Shown here: one piece after another, positions 18,080-26,314 of the stretch
Layout of the letters: every line of letters begins with the position of its first letter
Position numbering within the stretch: position 1 is the stretch's first letter
The notes under the pieces: model-generated
What the model saw: the letters and a program-made list of their open reading frames with translations, nothing else
Databases searched by the model: none
What the model was told of the DNA's origin: nothing
Made by a program: the position numbers and the translations under genes
NCBI GenBank assembly: GCA_001823535.1
Contig: MHUT01000012.1
Coordinates: 355 to 64,354 of the forward strand
Reading direction: 5' to 3'
DNA from: Candidatus Yonathbacteria bacterium RIFCSPHIGHO2_02_FULL_44_14
GTDB taxonomy: Bacteria; Patescibacteriota; Minisyncoccia; Phycocordibacterales; UBA1550
DNA: 64,000 nt

Positions 18080-18828
18080 CTTTTAAACCGGTTGTCATTG
18101 CGATTGTTGGGGGGATACTCCCGGCGCTTGTGTGGCTTTGGTTTTGGTTGAAACAAGATAGGGAGGCTCCCGAGCCTACCGGACTCATCGCATTATCATT
18201 TTTTGCGGGAATGGCGATAGTATACTTTGTGCTTCCTTTGCAAAAACTCGTTCTCGCATCAATATCTCCAATAATGGATACGGCGAATACCCTCGCATTT
18301 AAATTCTCACTGCCTCCACTCAACGAGCAAACTGTTCAAATAACTCTATGGGCTTTTATAGAAGAATTTGCAAAATACGCGACTGTTTTTCTTATCGCCT
18401 TCAAAAGTAATTATTTTGATGAGCCAATGGATGCAATCATTTATCTCATTACTGCCGCCCTCGGTTTCGCAGCAATGGAAAATGTGCTCTATATTCTAAA
18501 AGATCTTGCCCACGGAGGTGCTTTTGAAATATTAGCTAACGGTAATATGCGATTCATCGGTGCAACAATAGTCCACATAGTATCATCGGCGTTTGTGGGT
18601 ATTGCAGTAGCATTCTCATTTTATGCGCCGAGACATATAAAATTTATAACGGTTATTTTGGGAATTTTCATCGCTTCTCTCTTGCACGCATACTTTAATT
18701 TATCTATAATAGAAAGCGATGGAACGATGAGGACACTTTTGGTATTTTCTCAATTTTGGTCAGCGATCATCGGAATCATTGTGTTGCTTGCTTTTGTTAA
18801 ACGCCTACCAAAACCTATTGATAATTAA
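18061..18828 (+). CDS. PrsW-family intramembrane protease (M82-like)
   Basis: Polytopic membrane protein with the EEFAKY (EExxK), FAAMEN and HIVSS motifs typical of PrsW/YpdC. Overlaps the valS end by 19 nt. Confidence 0.75.
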   Translation: MAETILTFKPVVIAIVGGILPALVWLWFWLKQDREAPEPTGLIALSFFAGMAIVYFVLPLQKLVLASISPIMDTANTLAFKFSLPPLNEQTVQITLWAFIEEFAKYATVFLIAFKSNYFDEPMDAIIYLITAALGFAAMENVLYILKDLAHGGAFEILANGNMRFIGATIVHIVSSAFVGIAVAFSFYAPRHIKFITVILGIFIASLLHAYFNLSIIESDGTMRTLLVFSQFWSAIIGIIVLLAFVKRLPKPIDN

Positions 18829-18834
18829 ACCATT

Positions 18835-19299
18835 ATGAAACAATCTTTTTTTGAACGACTCACGGGCGCGATTTCTCTCAAGGACCGATCCTCGGATTTT
18901 GAAGAAAACGTCCCTGTTGAGCAGCCTCCACAAAGCTCTTTTAGTCAATGGGAGACGGAAGAGGCTCAGGAGGGCGAACTTGCTGTAGATGTATATCAGA
19001 CAAATGAATCAATTATCATCCAAGCAATGGTCGCTGGTGTAGCTTCTGAAGATCTTTCTGTGTCTGTCACGCGCGAAATGGTAACGATCAAAGGTAGGCG
19101 CGAAGGTCCAAAAGAAATCTCTGCTGAAAATTATTTTTATCAAGAACTCTACTGGGGCGCCTTTTCCCGCACAATTCTTCTCCCTGCCGAAGTTGAAACC
19201 GAGGAGGTAGAAGCGACCGAGAAACACGGGCTTCTTACCATAAGGCTTCCAAAAATAGACAAGGAGCGCAGGCAGACTATCAAGATTAAGTCGATATAG
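18835..19299 (+). CDS. small heat-shock protein (Hsp20 / alpha-crystallin family)
   Basis: Alpha-crystallin domain: AVDVYQT...LSVSV...VTIKGRRE...GAFSR...LPAEV...GLLTIRLPK. Confidence 0.85.
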   Translation: MKQSFFERLTGAISLKDRSSDFEENVPVEQPPQSSFSQWETEEAQEGELAVDVYQTNESIIIQAMVAGVASEDLSVSVTREMVTIKGRREGPKEISAENYFYQELYWGAFSRTILLPAEVETEEVEATEKHGLLTIRLPKIDKERRQTIKIKSI

Positions 19300-19334
19300 G
19301 GGAAACATTTGACTGCTGACATATGACAAGTAAC

Positions 19335-19365
19335 AAAAATACCGTAACATTGTTACGGTATTTTT
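19335..19365. terminator. intrinsic terminator after hsp20
   Basis: AAAAATACCGTAAC-att-GTTACGGTATTTTT. Confidence 0.65.
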
Positions 19366-19367
19366 AA

Positions 19368-19455
19368 TGGTGCCGAGGACCAGGGTTGGTCACGGATTAC
19401 TAAGTCTTCTCGTTTGCTTCGCAAACTGTGAGGACTAAGTATCCTCTACCCCGGC
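19368..19455 (-). pseudogene. degenerate tRNA-Phe-like fragment (duplicated tRNA 3' end, att-scar candidate)
   Basis: The 21-nt TGGTGCCGAGGACCAGGGTTG at 19368-19388 is identical to the 3' end of tRNA-Phe (19586-19606). The upstream sequence can pair as a GCCGGGG/CCUCGGC acceptor stem, but the T-loop lacks GTTC and no canonical anticodon arm is present. Confidence 0.4.
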
Positions 19456-19542
19456 TCGCAATTTTTGAAAAAGTCATGAAGAAAACTTTTTCAAAAATAT
19501 TGCTGCGCCTTTCAACCCTTTTATAATGCTCCGCACATTTAT

Positions 19543-19596
19543 CCTCGGCACCATAAGAAAAACCACCCGCAGGTGGTTTTTCTTATGGTGCCGAGG
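19543..19596. terminator. 25-bp-arm palindrome overlapping the tRNA-Phe 3' end (terminator-like)
   Basis: CCTCGGCACCATAAGAAAAACCACC-cgca-GGTGGTTTTTCTTATGGTGCCGAGG; the right arm includes the tRNA-Phe acceptor 3' strand plus CCA. Confidence 0.6.
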
Positions 19597-19661
19597 ACCA
19601 GGGTTGAACTGGTGACCCCTCGCTCTTCAGGCGAATGCTCTACCAACTGAGCTACCTCGGC
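19586..19661 (-). tRNA. tRNA-Phe (anticodon GAA), CCA encoded
   Basis: Reverse complement GCCGAGGTAGCTCAGTTGGTAGAGCATTCGCCTGAAGAGCGAGGGGTCACCAGTTCAACCCTGGTCCTCGGCACCA. Confidence 0.9.
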
Positions 19662-19684
19662 ATGCGTTTTCTATTGTACCAAAG

Positions 19685-19750
19685 TTTATGGCCGAGCCTG
19701 CGTCCAAGACGTGAATTTGTTAATTCAGAATCTGCTGATTCGGCTACATC
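19685..19750 (-). repeat. copy B of the ~60-nt conserved palindromic upstream element, 24 nt upstream of tRNA-Phe
   Basis: TTATGGCCGAGCCTGCGTCCAAGACGTGAATTTGTTAATTCAGAATCTGCTGATTCGGCTAC is 63/66 identical to copy C. Confidence 0.6.
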
Positions 19751-19813
19751 GGCGAATTTTATACTTTTGAAAATTTCAAATAATTGTTAATTATTTGACA
19801 GTACTGTCGCCTA

Positions 19814-20101
19814 CTACTTCCCTATCAAATTCTTCACCGACTGTACATCTGTAGGAATAGAGCCGGCAGTTTTTTCAAAATTTTGAATGATGCCCATCGA
19901 AGTCTGAAAAGTCTTCATATACTTTTGAATCGTTGGCTGAAAATAGTAGTAAACTCCAAAAATGGACCCGAGGATTATCGCCCAATACACGAAAGTAAAA
20001 AACGAACTCCAGCGCTGTGCGCGACGCATAGAGCGGAGAATTTTGTTATTCTCGTGGGTTATTTCTAACAGCTCGTCGAGCTTGCGATCATCAAGGTCCA
20101 T
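19814..20101 (-). CDS. hypothetical membrane protein (95 aa, 1-2 TM)
   Basis: Clean ORF with a hydrophobic core (FFTFVYWAIILGSIFGVYYYF). Confidence 0.45.
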   Translation of the reverse strand: MDLDDRKLDELLEITHENNKILRSMRRAQRWSSFFTFVYWAIILGSIFGVYYYFQPTIQKYMKTFQTSMGIIQNFEKTAGSIPTDVQSVKNLIGK

Positions 20102-20195
20102 AAATGAACTATATCAGATTTCACCAAAAATTCAAACGCTTTCAGTAAAAAAGCCCGGTTGTTGCCGGGCTTTTGAAAAAATTGACATACTTTGA

Positions 20196-20549
20196 TTATA
20201 CGTGTGCCAGTCGCTCAAACTCGTTCCTATGTGGAACTGTTTTTATTGATACTGGCTTGATTTCCTTGAGACACTCCGCTGGCGCCAAGAGCGACTCTTC
20301 GAGTAATCCTCGGCAGCGAAACCTACAGATTGCCAGCCCATTATCAAGAACCTTCACAACATTAATCTCGATCTTGATCAATCCGTCAAGACAACCCGTG
20401 TAGCAACGCAAAAGCTTGCTACGGGTTCCAGTATCAAGCACATTTACTGAATGGTCCAGAAACTGCTTAAACCGAGCAACGTCGAGAAAGTTTCTTCCTA
20501 ATGCGATTACCTTGGCTCTCCTTTTTGTACAAGTGACTTTTTTTGCCAT
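20196..20549 (-). CDS. hypothetical Cys-rich protein (118 aa)
   Basis: Internal ATG at 20549 (MAKKVTCTKRRAK...) with CYTGC and CRFRC pairs; no family recognised. Confidence 0.45.
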   Translation of the reverse strand: MAKKVTCTKRRAKVIALGRNFLDVARFKQFLDHSVNVLDTGTRSKLLRCYTGCLDGLIKIEINVVKVLDNGLAICRFRCRGLLEESLLAPAECLKEIKPVSIKTVPHRNEFERLAHV

Positions 20550-20694
20550 GTTACACTTCCTTTCTTTTAGGATAAGACTTGGTTGTAAAAACAAAAAAAT
20601 GGGAATTGCTCCCGCGTGAAATTGTACCACTAGAACCAAAACAATGTCAACTGTTTGTACAAGGCGAATTCAGGTTTTTCTTTGGTGGGCCGTT

Positions 20695-21003
20695 CTAATG
20701 AGGGAAAATGAATTCTCCAAGCACAAACATTAAAAGGGCGAGACCATATAACACTGCCAAGTATTTGCAAACTGACCACTCTTTGTGCTTGACGATAGTA
20801 TAAATTCCGATAACGAAAGATAGCAGACCGGACAGATTAAGTATGAGATTAAGCGCGACATTGAATATTGAGAGTAGAAGATTGCCCTCAATGACAGCAG
20901 AATCTCCCCCTATGGCGAAGGCAAAAATGAGCGAAAACGCCATTGATATAACTAAGACGATACCAAATCCCACCGACCATTTACCTGAACGAGATTGCGG
21001 CAT
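20695..21003 (-). CDS. small 3-TM membrane protein (paralog 1; holin-like size and topology)
   Basis: MPQSRSGKWSVGFGIVLV...; shares the N-terminal MPxxKxGKWSVG motif and topology with the adjacent gene. Confidence 0.5.
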   Translation of the reverse strand: MPQSRSGKWSVGFGIVLVISMAFSLIFAFAIGGDSAVIEGNLLLSIFNVALNLILNLSGLLSFVIGIYTIVKHKEWSVCKYLAVLYGLALLMFVLGEFIFPH

Positions 21004-21030
21004 AAAATTTATTTTTATAATAAAAATTAA

Positions 21031-21321
21031 TTAATCATTGATAAATAAACTATGAAGGAGGATAAAAAGTATAGTACATACGCCTATGATGATGGATAGA
21101 AAAACCAAAACAGAACGCTCTTTATATTTCCTAATCGCCAATATTCCGGTGATTAAAGCAATGATGCTTGCCGGGAATGCAACAGCTACTGTTATATCCC
21201 ACCAGTGGTCGTCAAAATTAAGTATTTTTAGTATGAAAACAAGCACGCAAGAAATGGCAATTGCGATTAAGAAAAAGGCGTTCAAACCTACTGACCATTT
21301 ACCTAATTTAGTTTTTGGCAT
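21031..21321 (-). CDS. small 3-TM membrane protein (paralog 2)
   Basis: MPKTKLGKWSVGLNAFFLIAIA...; tandem paralog of 20695-21003. Confidence 0.5.
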   Translation of the reverse strand: MPKTKLGKWSVGLNAFFLIAIAISCVLVFILKILNFDDHWWDITVAVAFPASIIALITGILAIRKYKERSVLVFLSIIIGVCTILFILLHSLFIND

Positions 21322-21791
21322 AGATTATCTTTTCCTCTTGTTAGTTAATATTTTTCCGACTTTATGATTAAAAAATTTTCTTCCCCCAAAATTAAAACAT
21401 GGTTCGAGCCGATGTTTTTCTACGGGTTCTTTTGCGGTTTCGAGCGGTGCGGCTCTGCCACCATTCCGAATTTTCGCGGAGGGAATTTTCCGAAAAAATG
21501 CGTTCAGACTAATTCAAGGATACTGCGCAAGAAGGAAAAGTCAAAGAGTTTTGGTTCGTGGTGCCCCATGTCGGTCTCGGAATTGCGGGTGTCAGACCCC
21601 ACAAGGGTTCCTTGGGTACTTTTAGCGTATCAAACTGAACCCGCTCAGTCTGGTCTCAATAGACACGATAGACACTATAAAAAGAGCTTGGGTTGTGTCT
21701 CGTGAGACATACACCATTTGCTCGCGTCGGAACCTTAAATTTGTAAATGATACAAATGAGACACTAAGACGGCATTTTAAGGCTGTCTCAT

Positions 21792-22286
21792 TTACAGTAG
21801 TTTACCATTTTTATACCACTCCATCGTAATGATCTGACCTGCTTTTTTAGATACTCCAAAGACTATGTATAATCCAAGCCTATAACCATAGCCATCCAGC
21901 CTTTGAGTCAATCCTTCTATTTTCCATATGTCGTCTCGAGCTGGGCTATTATTGGTTTCAATTTCTATGGCAACCAGATTATTTTGATCAGTATTTCTTT
22001 CGTGAACAGCTATATCCAACTCTATTAATTTACCTTTTAAGTATTTAGAGGCGCCTAGATGTTTATTATAAAAAGGATCACTGTGGATGTCACCAGTGTT
22101 AAATTTTTTGGATATTTGTGCTGCAAAACAAGACATAAAATTTCTTTCGACTCTGCCATTCTTCAAGATACCAATCTCGGCTTCGATTGTAGAATTTGCA
22201 GCACTTTCAATTTTGGACATCAGGTCTGCTTCTTCTTTAGTAATTTGTTGTTGACTGTTTGGCATATTAAAATGTGTGCACGACAA
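21792..22286 (-). CDS. hypothetical protein (164 aa) downstream of mrr
   Basis: Clean ORF with a hairpin terminator at 21745-21785; no family recognised. Confidence 0.5.
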   Translation of the reverse strand: MSCTHFNMPNSQQQITKEEADLMSKIESAANSTIEAEIGILKNGRVERNFMSCFAAQISKKFNTGDIHSDPFYNKHLGASKYLKGKLIELDIAVHERNTDQNNLVAIEIETNNSPARDDIWKIEGLTQRLDGYGYRLGLYIVFGVSKKAGQIITMEWYKNGKLL

Positions 22287-22356
22287 ACTATGATAGCCAC
22301 GACTTGTCCAACACTCTTATCAAATAAGAACACTTGCAATATTGCGTGTGACTTTA

Positions 22357-23259
22357 TTATTCTTCAAAAAAATAATCAGAGTCTACTTTTTTAATCTGGT
22401 ATGTTGCTAGAATTGATACACCAATATCATGCTCAATCATCAATCTAACCAGTTCTGAACCATCAACAAGAATAACCCTGCAATCTAATTTCTTTACGTA
22501 ATCAAGAGCCTCTTGTGTGAAATTAGATGTTGTAATAAAGATACCTTTCTTTGCAAACTTTCCAGTTAATGCACCTACAAATCCTTGTACATCCGGGCGA
22601 CCAACAGTTCCTTTCCATCGCTTTGCTTGAAGATAAATCAAATCAAGACCCAGTTTGTCTTCTTTGATAATTCCATCTATCCCTTCATCCCCAGTTTTTC
22701 CTAGTGCCTGCCCAGCATCCTTTCTAGAACCACCATATCCCATACCTATAAGTAGATCAACGACCACCTGCTCAAAAAAGGCAGGTGAACCATTCATCAG
22801 ATTACTTAATAAATCAGCCTCTAGGTCCTTTAGAATTCTCTGATAGCTTGATTCTAAAGATTCTTCCGGAGTATTTTCTGAAACATCTTCTTTTTCTTGC
22901 GTCACTTGATCCTCGCTACCATATTGAAACTCGCGAAACGAGGAAAACTGATCCAAAAAATGCGTATCAATAACTTCTGGTTTTTGACTTAGAGCTTTCA
23001 ATCCTTGCTTTGTGATTTTTACGTAACTCTTTTTAGGAGCATCTACTAAACCAGCCTTTTTGAGATATGTTTTTGCCCATCCAGTTCTGTTACTAAAAAT
23101 ACTCATTCTTCCGCTAGGGGTGCGCTGGACAAGTTCGTCTTCGGTTAATTTAAATTCAGCAGAAAGTGCCCCTTCAATTTCTTTAAGAGTATGCTCTTTT
23201 TCATCGGACAATTGTCTTAGGAAAGGCAAAATAATATATCTGAATTTTGGTATAGCCAT
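22357..23259 (-). CDS. mrr: Mrr-family type IV (modification-dependent) restriction endonuclease
   Basis: N-terminal winged-helix (Mrr_N-like) and a C-terminal Mrr_cat core: GGSRKDAGQALGKTGDEGIDGIIKEDKLGLDLIYLQAKRW nearly matches E. coli Mrr. Confidence 0.85.
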   Translation of the reverse strand: MAIPKFRYIILPFLRQLSDEKEHTLKEIEGALSAEFKLTEDELVQRTPSGRMSIFSNRTGWAKTYLKKAGLVDAPKKSYVKITKQGLKALSQKPEVIDTHFLDQFSSFREFQYGSEDQVTQEKEDVSENTPEESLESSYQRILKDLEADLLSNLMNGSPAFFEQVVVDLLIGMGYGGSRKDAGQALGKTGDEGIDGIIKEDKLGLDLIYLQAKRWKGTVGRPDVQGFVGALTGKFAKKGIFITTSNFTQEALDYVKKLDCRVILVDGSELVRLMIEHDIGVSILATYQIKKVDSDYFFEE

Positions 23260-23360
23260 AAATATTTTGTACTCAAATTATAGCATTTTAGCTAACCTAT
23301 TCAAAAAAAGAGAGTTTTTAAACCTTTTAATTTGGTGGTGGTATCTACCACTAATTACAA

Positions 23361-25247
23361 CTATTTTAGCTGGTAGTAGAAGTAGGTTCCGTTAGGAAAT
23401 TTAATGTTAGGAACCCATAACGGTCGATCTTCCCACCCCTTATTGGCTTCACCCTTTAGCCTATAGAGTGTGAGCACAAGCCTGTCGTTGAAGCGTGCGC
23501 CCATCTCACGGTCAGTAGGAGAGAGTAAGGTACCTGTTCCTTTGCTGATACTTCTCTCTGTTCTGACAATAAGATGACAGTCGTACTTCGCACCTTTCTT
23601 GAGAGTCTCAACACAGTCTGCGAATGAGTGCTGATTCCAAAGATCACTTTTTTCTACACTAACAAGACGCAGTATCTTTTCAGCTTCGTCTAGTGAAATA
23701 TCCTTTTCCATGTCCTTACTACCAAGCTCCGCGTCCAAAGCAGGGAGGCTGGTGTGCGTTGGATTAAGTGGAAAATAATTAACCCCACCCGCGATGACCA
23801 TCAGGTCTTCTTTGAGAACAACGCTCATGCGTGTTGGGCGGGTTCCTTTTGGAGTAAGGAGGCTGACAGCCTGAGGTCCTTTTTCTAGAAGAGTACTGAA
23901 CAGAGCATTGTTAGCATCATTCAGTTCTCGAAAAAGTTTTATGAGCGGTCGCGGACTGAAAAGGCGACAGAGCCCAGGATCTCGGTCATATCCGAATATT
24001 CTGGCGTGTTGCCACGAAGTATCTGCTTGGGGAGTTTTCGCGCTTCTGCAATAATAGACGATTTGCAGACCGGGAAATGTAACACCTCGCCCGAGTGTAT
24101 TACCACCGATCACAATATTGAGACCTTTATCATACACGGATCCTTCCGGTGTTTTTGAGTTCAGAACAGTAATATTTACGCTCGGCATATCGGCACGAAG
24201 GAATCGCATAATTTCATCAAAGGGTTTAATATCTGTTTTTGTTTTTGAAAGCTCCTCCCATGCATCACGTAGATCAAATTCGAGGGTGGAAGAATTTGCA
24301 ATAAGATCGGTTTTCACTCCTTCCAGGAATTTTTCCACCTTTGTCCTTACAGTTGAATGTTCACTTATTTTTACTCCGGGATGAATCAGCATGCTACACG
24401 CCGACCTCTCTTTGGTCAAAAAGAGATCGGATGCCACTACCAAAAAATGAAGGACTGCTTTACGAAGGCCGATTGGCACATGCTCTGCTTTTAGTAAATC
24501 GTCGCGCTCATTATCCTCTGTTTCAATAAGATTTTTTGAGTCCTCGCCATAAAAGAAATCACCGCCGAGATACCCCTTATTTGGTGGCAGATAAAAAGAA
24601 TACTGGGGCTTCCATCCCGATAACTCTATCTGAAGAACAAGAGACTGTGGGGTTGCTGTAACATGGAGGTAAATTGACGATGGAGACTGCTTGTTTATTT
24701 TCTCAAGCAACATATTAATCGTACTCTGCTCATTTTGATTTACTTTTGTGTTGAGACTTGAGGCGTCTGCTTCATCATCGAGAAGAAAAAGTGGTTCATC
24801 CTTATAGATAGGATTTGTAGCAATATTGTTTGCCCACGTCTTCAAAACGCCGGAGTTTTTCTTAAGTACGAGTATCGTCGGCATAGAAAGACCGCGCGTA
24901 AGGAAGGCTTCCTCGTCTGATTCCCCAAGTACATTGAAGCCCGCCATGAATCCTCCGAGAAAATTCTTTGCACGCTCCAGTGTTTGTTTGTGTAGAATAA
25001 CATTATCAGTGGTTACCAATATAAAAAACTTGAATCCTCTGTCAGCAGCTGTAGCCGCGATCGCAAGCATCTGTCCTGTCTTCCCACTCTGCACGTGTCC
25101 ATAAAGCAGGCCAGAAACGTGACTATTGTGGTCAAAAGTATCTATATGCTTCTTTGCAAATTCCTCTGCACTTTTAGTTAGCGCCTCAACAAGCGCTGGG
25201 TTAGTAGCGCCTACTCGTCTTAAATAATTTTCTAAAAATTTGCTCAT
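23361..25247 (-). CDS. P-loop NTPase, Z1-domain-like restriction-system component (628 aa)
   Basis: Walker A LLYGHVQSGKTGQM near the N-terminus; the size and its position between a C5-MTase/REase and mrr resemble Z1-domain proteins of R-M loci. Family assignment by eye only. Confidence 0.65.
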   Translation of the reverse strand: MSKFLENYLRRVGATNPALVEALTKSAEEFAKKHIDTFDHNSHVSGLLYGHVQSGKTGQMLAIAATAADRGFKFFILVTTDNVILHKQTLERAKNFLGGFMAGFNVLGESDEEAFLTRGLSMPTILVLKKNSGVLKTWANNIATNPIYKDEPLFLLDDEADASSLNTKVNQNEQSTINMLLEKINKQSPSSIYLHVTATPQSLVLQIELSGWKPQYSFYLPPNKGYLGGDFFYGEDSKNLIETEDNERDDLLKAEHVPIGLRKAVLHFLVVASDLFLTKERSACSMLIHPGVKISEHSTVRTKVEKFLEGVKTDLIANSSTLEFDLRDAWEELSKTKTDIKPFDEIMRFLRADMPSVNITVLNSKTPEGSVYDKGLNIVIGGNTLGRGVTFPGLQIVYYCRSAKTPQADTSWQHARIFGYDRDPGLCRLFSPRPLIKLFRELNDANNALFSTLLEKGPQAVSLLTPKGTRPTRMSVVLKEDLMVIAGGVNYFPLNPTHTSLPALDAELGSKDMEKDISLDEAEKILRLVSVEKSDLWNQHSFADCVETLKKGAKYDCHLIVRTERSISKGTGTLLSPTDREMGARFNDRLVLTLYRLKGEANKGWEDRPLWVPNIKFPNGTYFYYQLK

Positions 25248-25250
25248 ATT

Positions 25251-26303
25251 TTATCTTGAAAAATCTAGCAGCCATACTTCTGGATCGGTGGTCTCCTTAA
25301 GTGAAATTGTATTCCGTCCATATTTTTGAAACACTTCTGGTGTCACAGGCTGTCCGACCTTGAGGCACCCAGCTCTTTCGAGTCTTCCTTTAATCCACCG
25401 GCCTAGAGTTTTCAAGTCGCCTTCTGATCTGAAATTCTTTCCATAGTCTCCCTGAATTTTGCAGTTGAACCGCCACCCGTCGTCAGTGTACACACGGATT
25501 ACTGAGTCTCGTTTTGGATAACCGTCTGCCATAGTTATCTCTATTGGAACAATGAGCTCTACTTCATACCAGTGACGAGGGCGTATTGCTCCTGTACTTT
25601 TCGCAAGCCTTCCTTTCCCAAAATAAGTATTAAGATTACTCTTGGCTTCCGCCTTGAGAGGAAGATCGAATACGCGGTCTGTAAGCGTGCTTTCTATTTT
25701 ACGGTATTCTTCTCCTTCTAGTTTGTCTACATCAATTCTGTCTTTCAGCAAGTCAGGCATTTCAATAAACGTCCCTGGTTTTGGCCAATCGAGAATGTCC
25801 GTTGATGCTTTTACGACGAGTTCGTTATGTAGACCATCAAGCTTCATGAGCACACTCTCCTCGGTAAAAAGAGCATCCACCTCCCATTGTCGATTATCGA
25901 GGATATTACCAAGATTCGATGACCCCATCATTGCGGAAACCGGTGCAGGCTTTCCGTTTTTCCAGAACACATAGGTTTTCCCGTGGAATTTAAAAGCCGT
26001 GCATACGCGCACACTGCCTATACCTTTCTCCTTAAGAAATTCTGCAAGGTCTATAGCAGCTTCATACTGCGCGCGTGTGAATCCCTCTCTCCCGTGCATG
26101 CCGATTACAAGACTGCACATTTTGTCTTTGTTCTCTTCATTATAAAATAGGAGAATCGATTTTAGCTCCAACAGAGAGTCTTCTGTAACATAGCCAGTAG
26201 CTATTTTTATGCTGTCAGAATTAACGATGCCTGATTCAAAAGCTTCGCTGAATGAAGAGTTATCGTACTCACAAGGTTTGATTTTTGAATAAAGTAATTC
26301 CAT
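25251..26303 (-). CDS. PLD-superfamily restriction endonuclease (NgoFVII/BfiI-like) with a C-terminal B3-like DNA-binding domain
   Basis: FKFHGKTYVF...GSSNLG (HxK ... GSxN PLD nuclease motif). C-terminal RVYTDDGWRFNCKIQGDYGKNFRSEGDLKTLGRWIKG resembles the B3/EcoRII-N-like domain of R.BfiI; size is 350 aa. Confidence 0.7.
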   Translation of the reverse strand: MELLYSKIKPCEYDNSSFSEAFESGIVNSDSIKIATGYVTEDSLLELKSILLFYNEENKDKMCSLVIGMHGREGFTRAQYEAAIDLAEFLKEKGIGSVRVCTAFKFHGKTYVFWKNGKPAPVSAMMGSSNLGNILDNRQWEVDALFTEESVLMKLDGLHNELVVKASTDILDWPKPGTFIEMPDLLKDRIDVDKLEGEEYRKIESTLTDRVFDLPLKAEAKSNLNTYFGKGRLAKSTGAIRPRHWYEVELIVPIEITMADGYPKRDSVIRVYTDDGWRFNCKIQGDYGKNFRSEGDLKTLGRWIKGRLERAGCLKVGQPVTPEVFQKYGRNTISLKETTDPEVWLLDFSR

Positions 26304-26314
26304 ACGAACTTATT

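Noticed and set aside
19369-19553. Possible tmRNA or intron-containing tRNA, suggested by the GCCGAGG...CCTCGGCACCA pairing on the + strand
   Set aside because: No tmRNA tag-reading frame or resume codon, no T-arm, and the size is wrong (~180 nt). The pairing is better explained by the tRNA-Phe terminator palindrome plus the duplicated tRNA 3' end.
21364-21705. + strand ORF (113 aa) in the intergenic region of the island
   Set aside because: No RBS and an unusual Cys/Gly/Phe-rich composition. The region looks like a terminator/promoter/hairpin zone between minus-strand genes.
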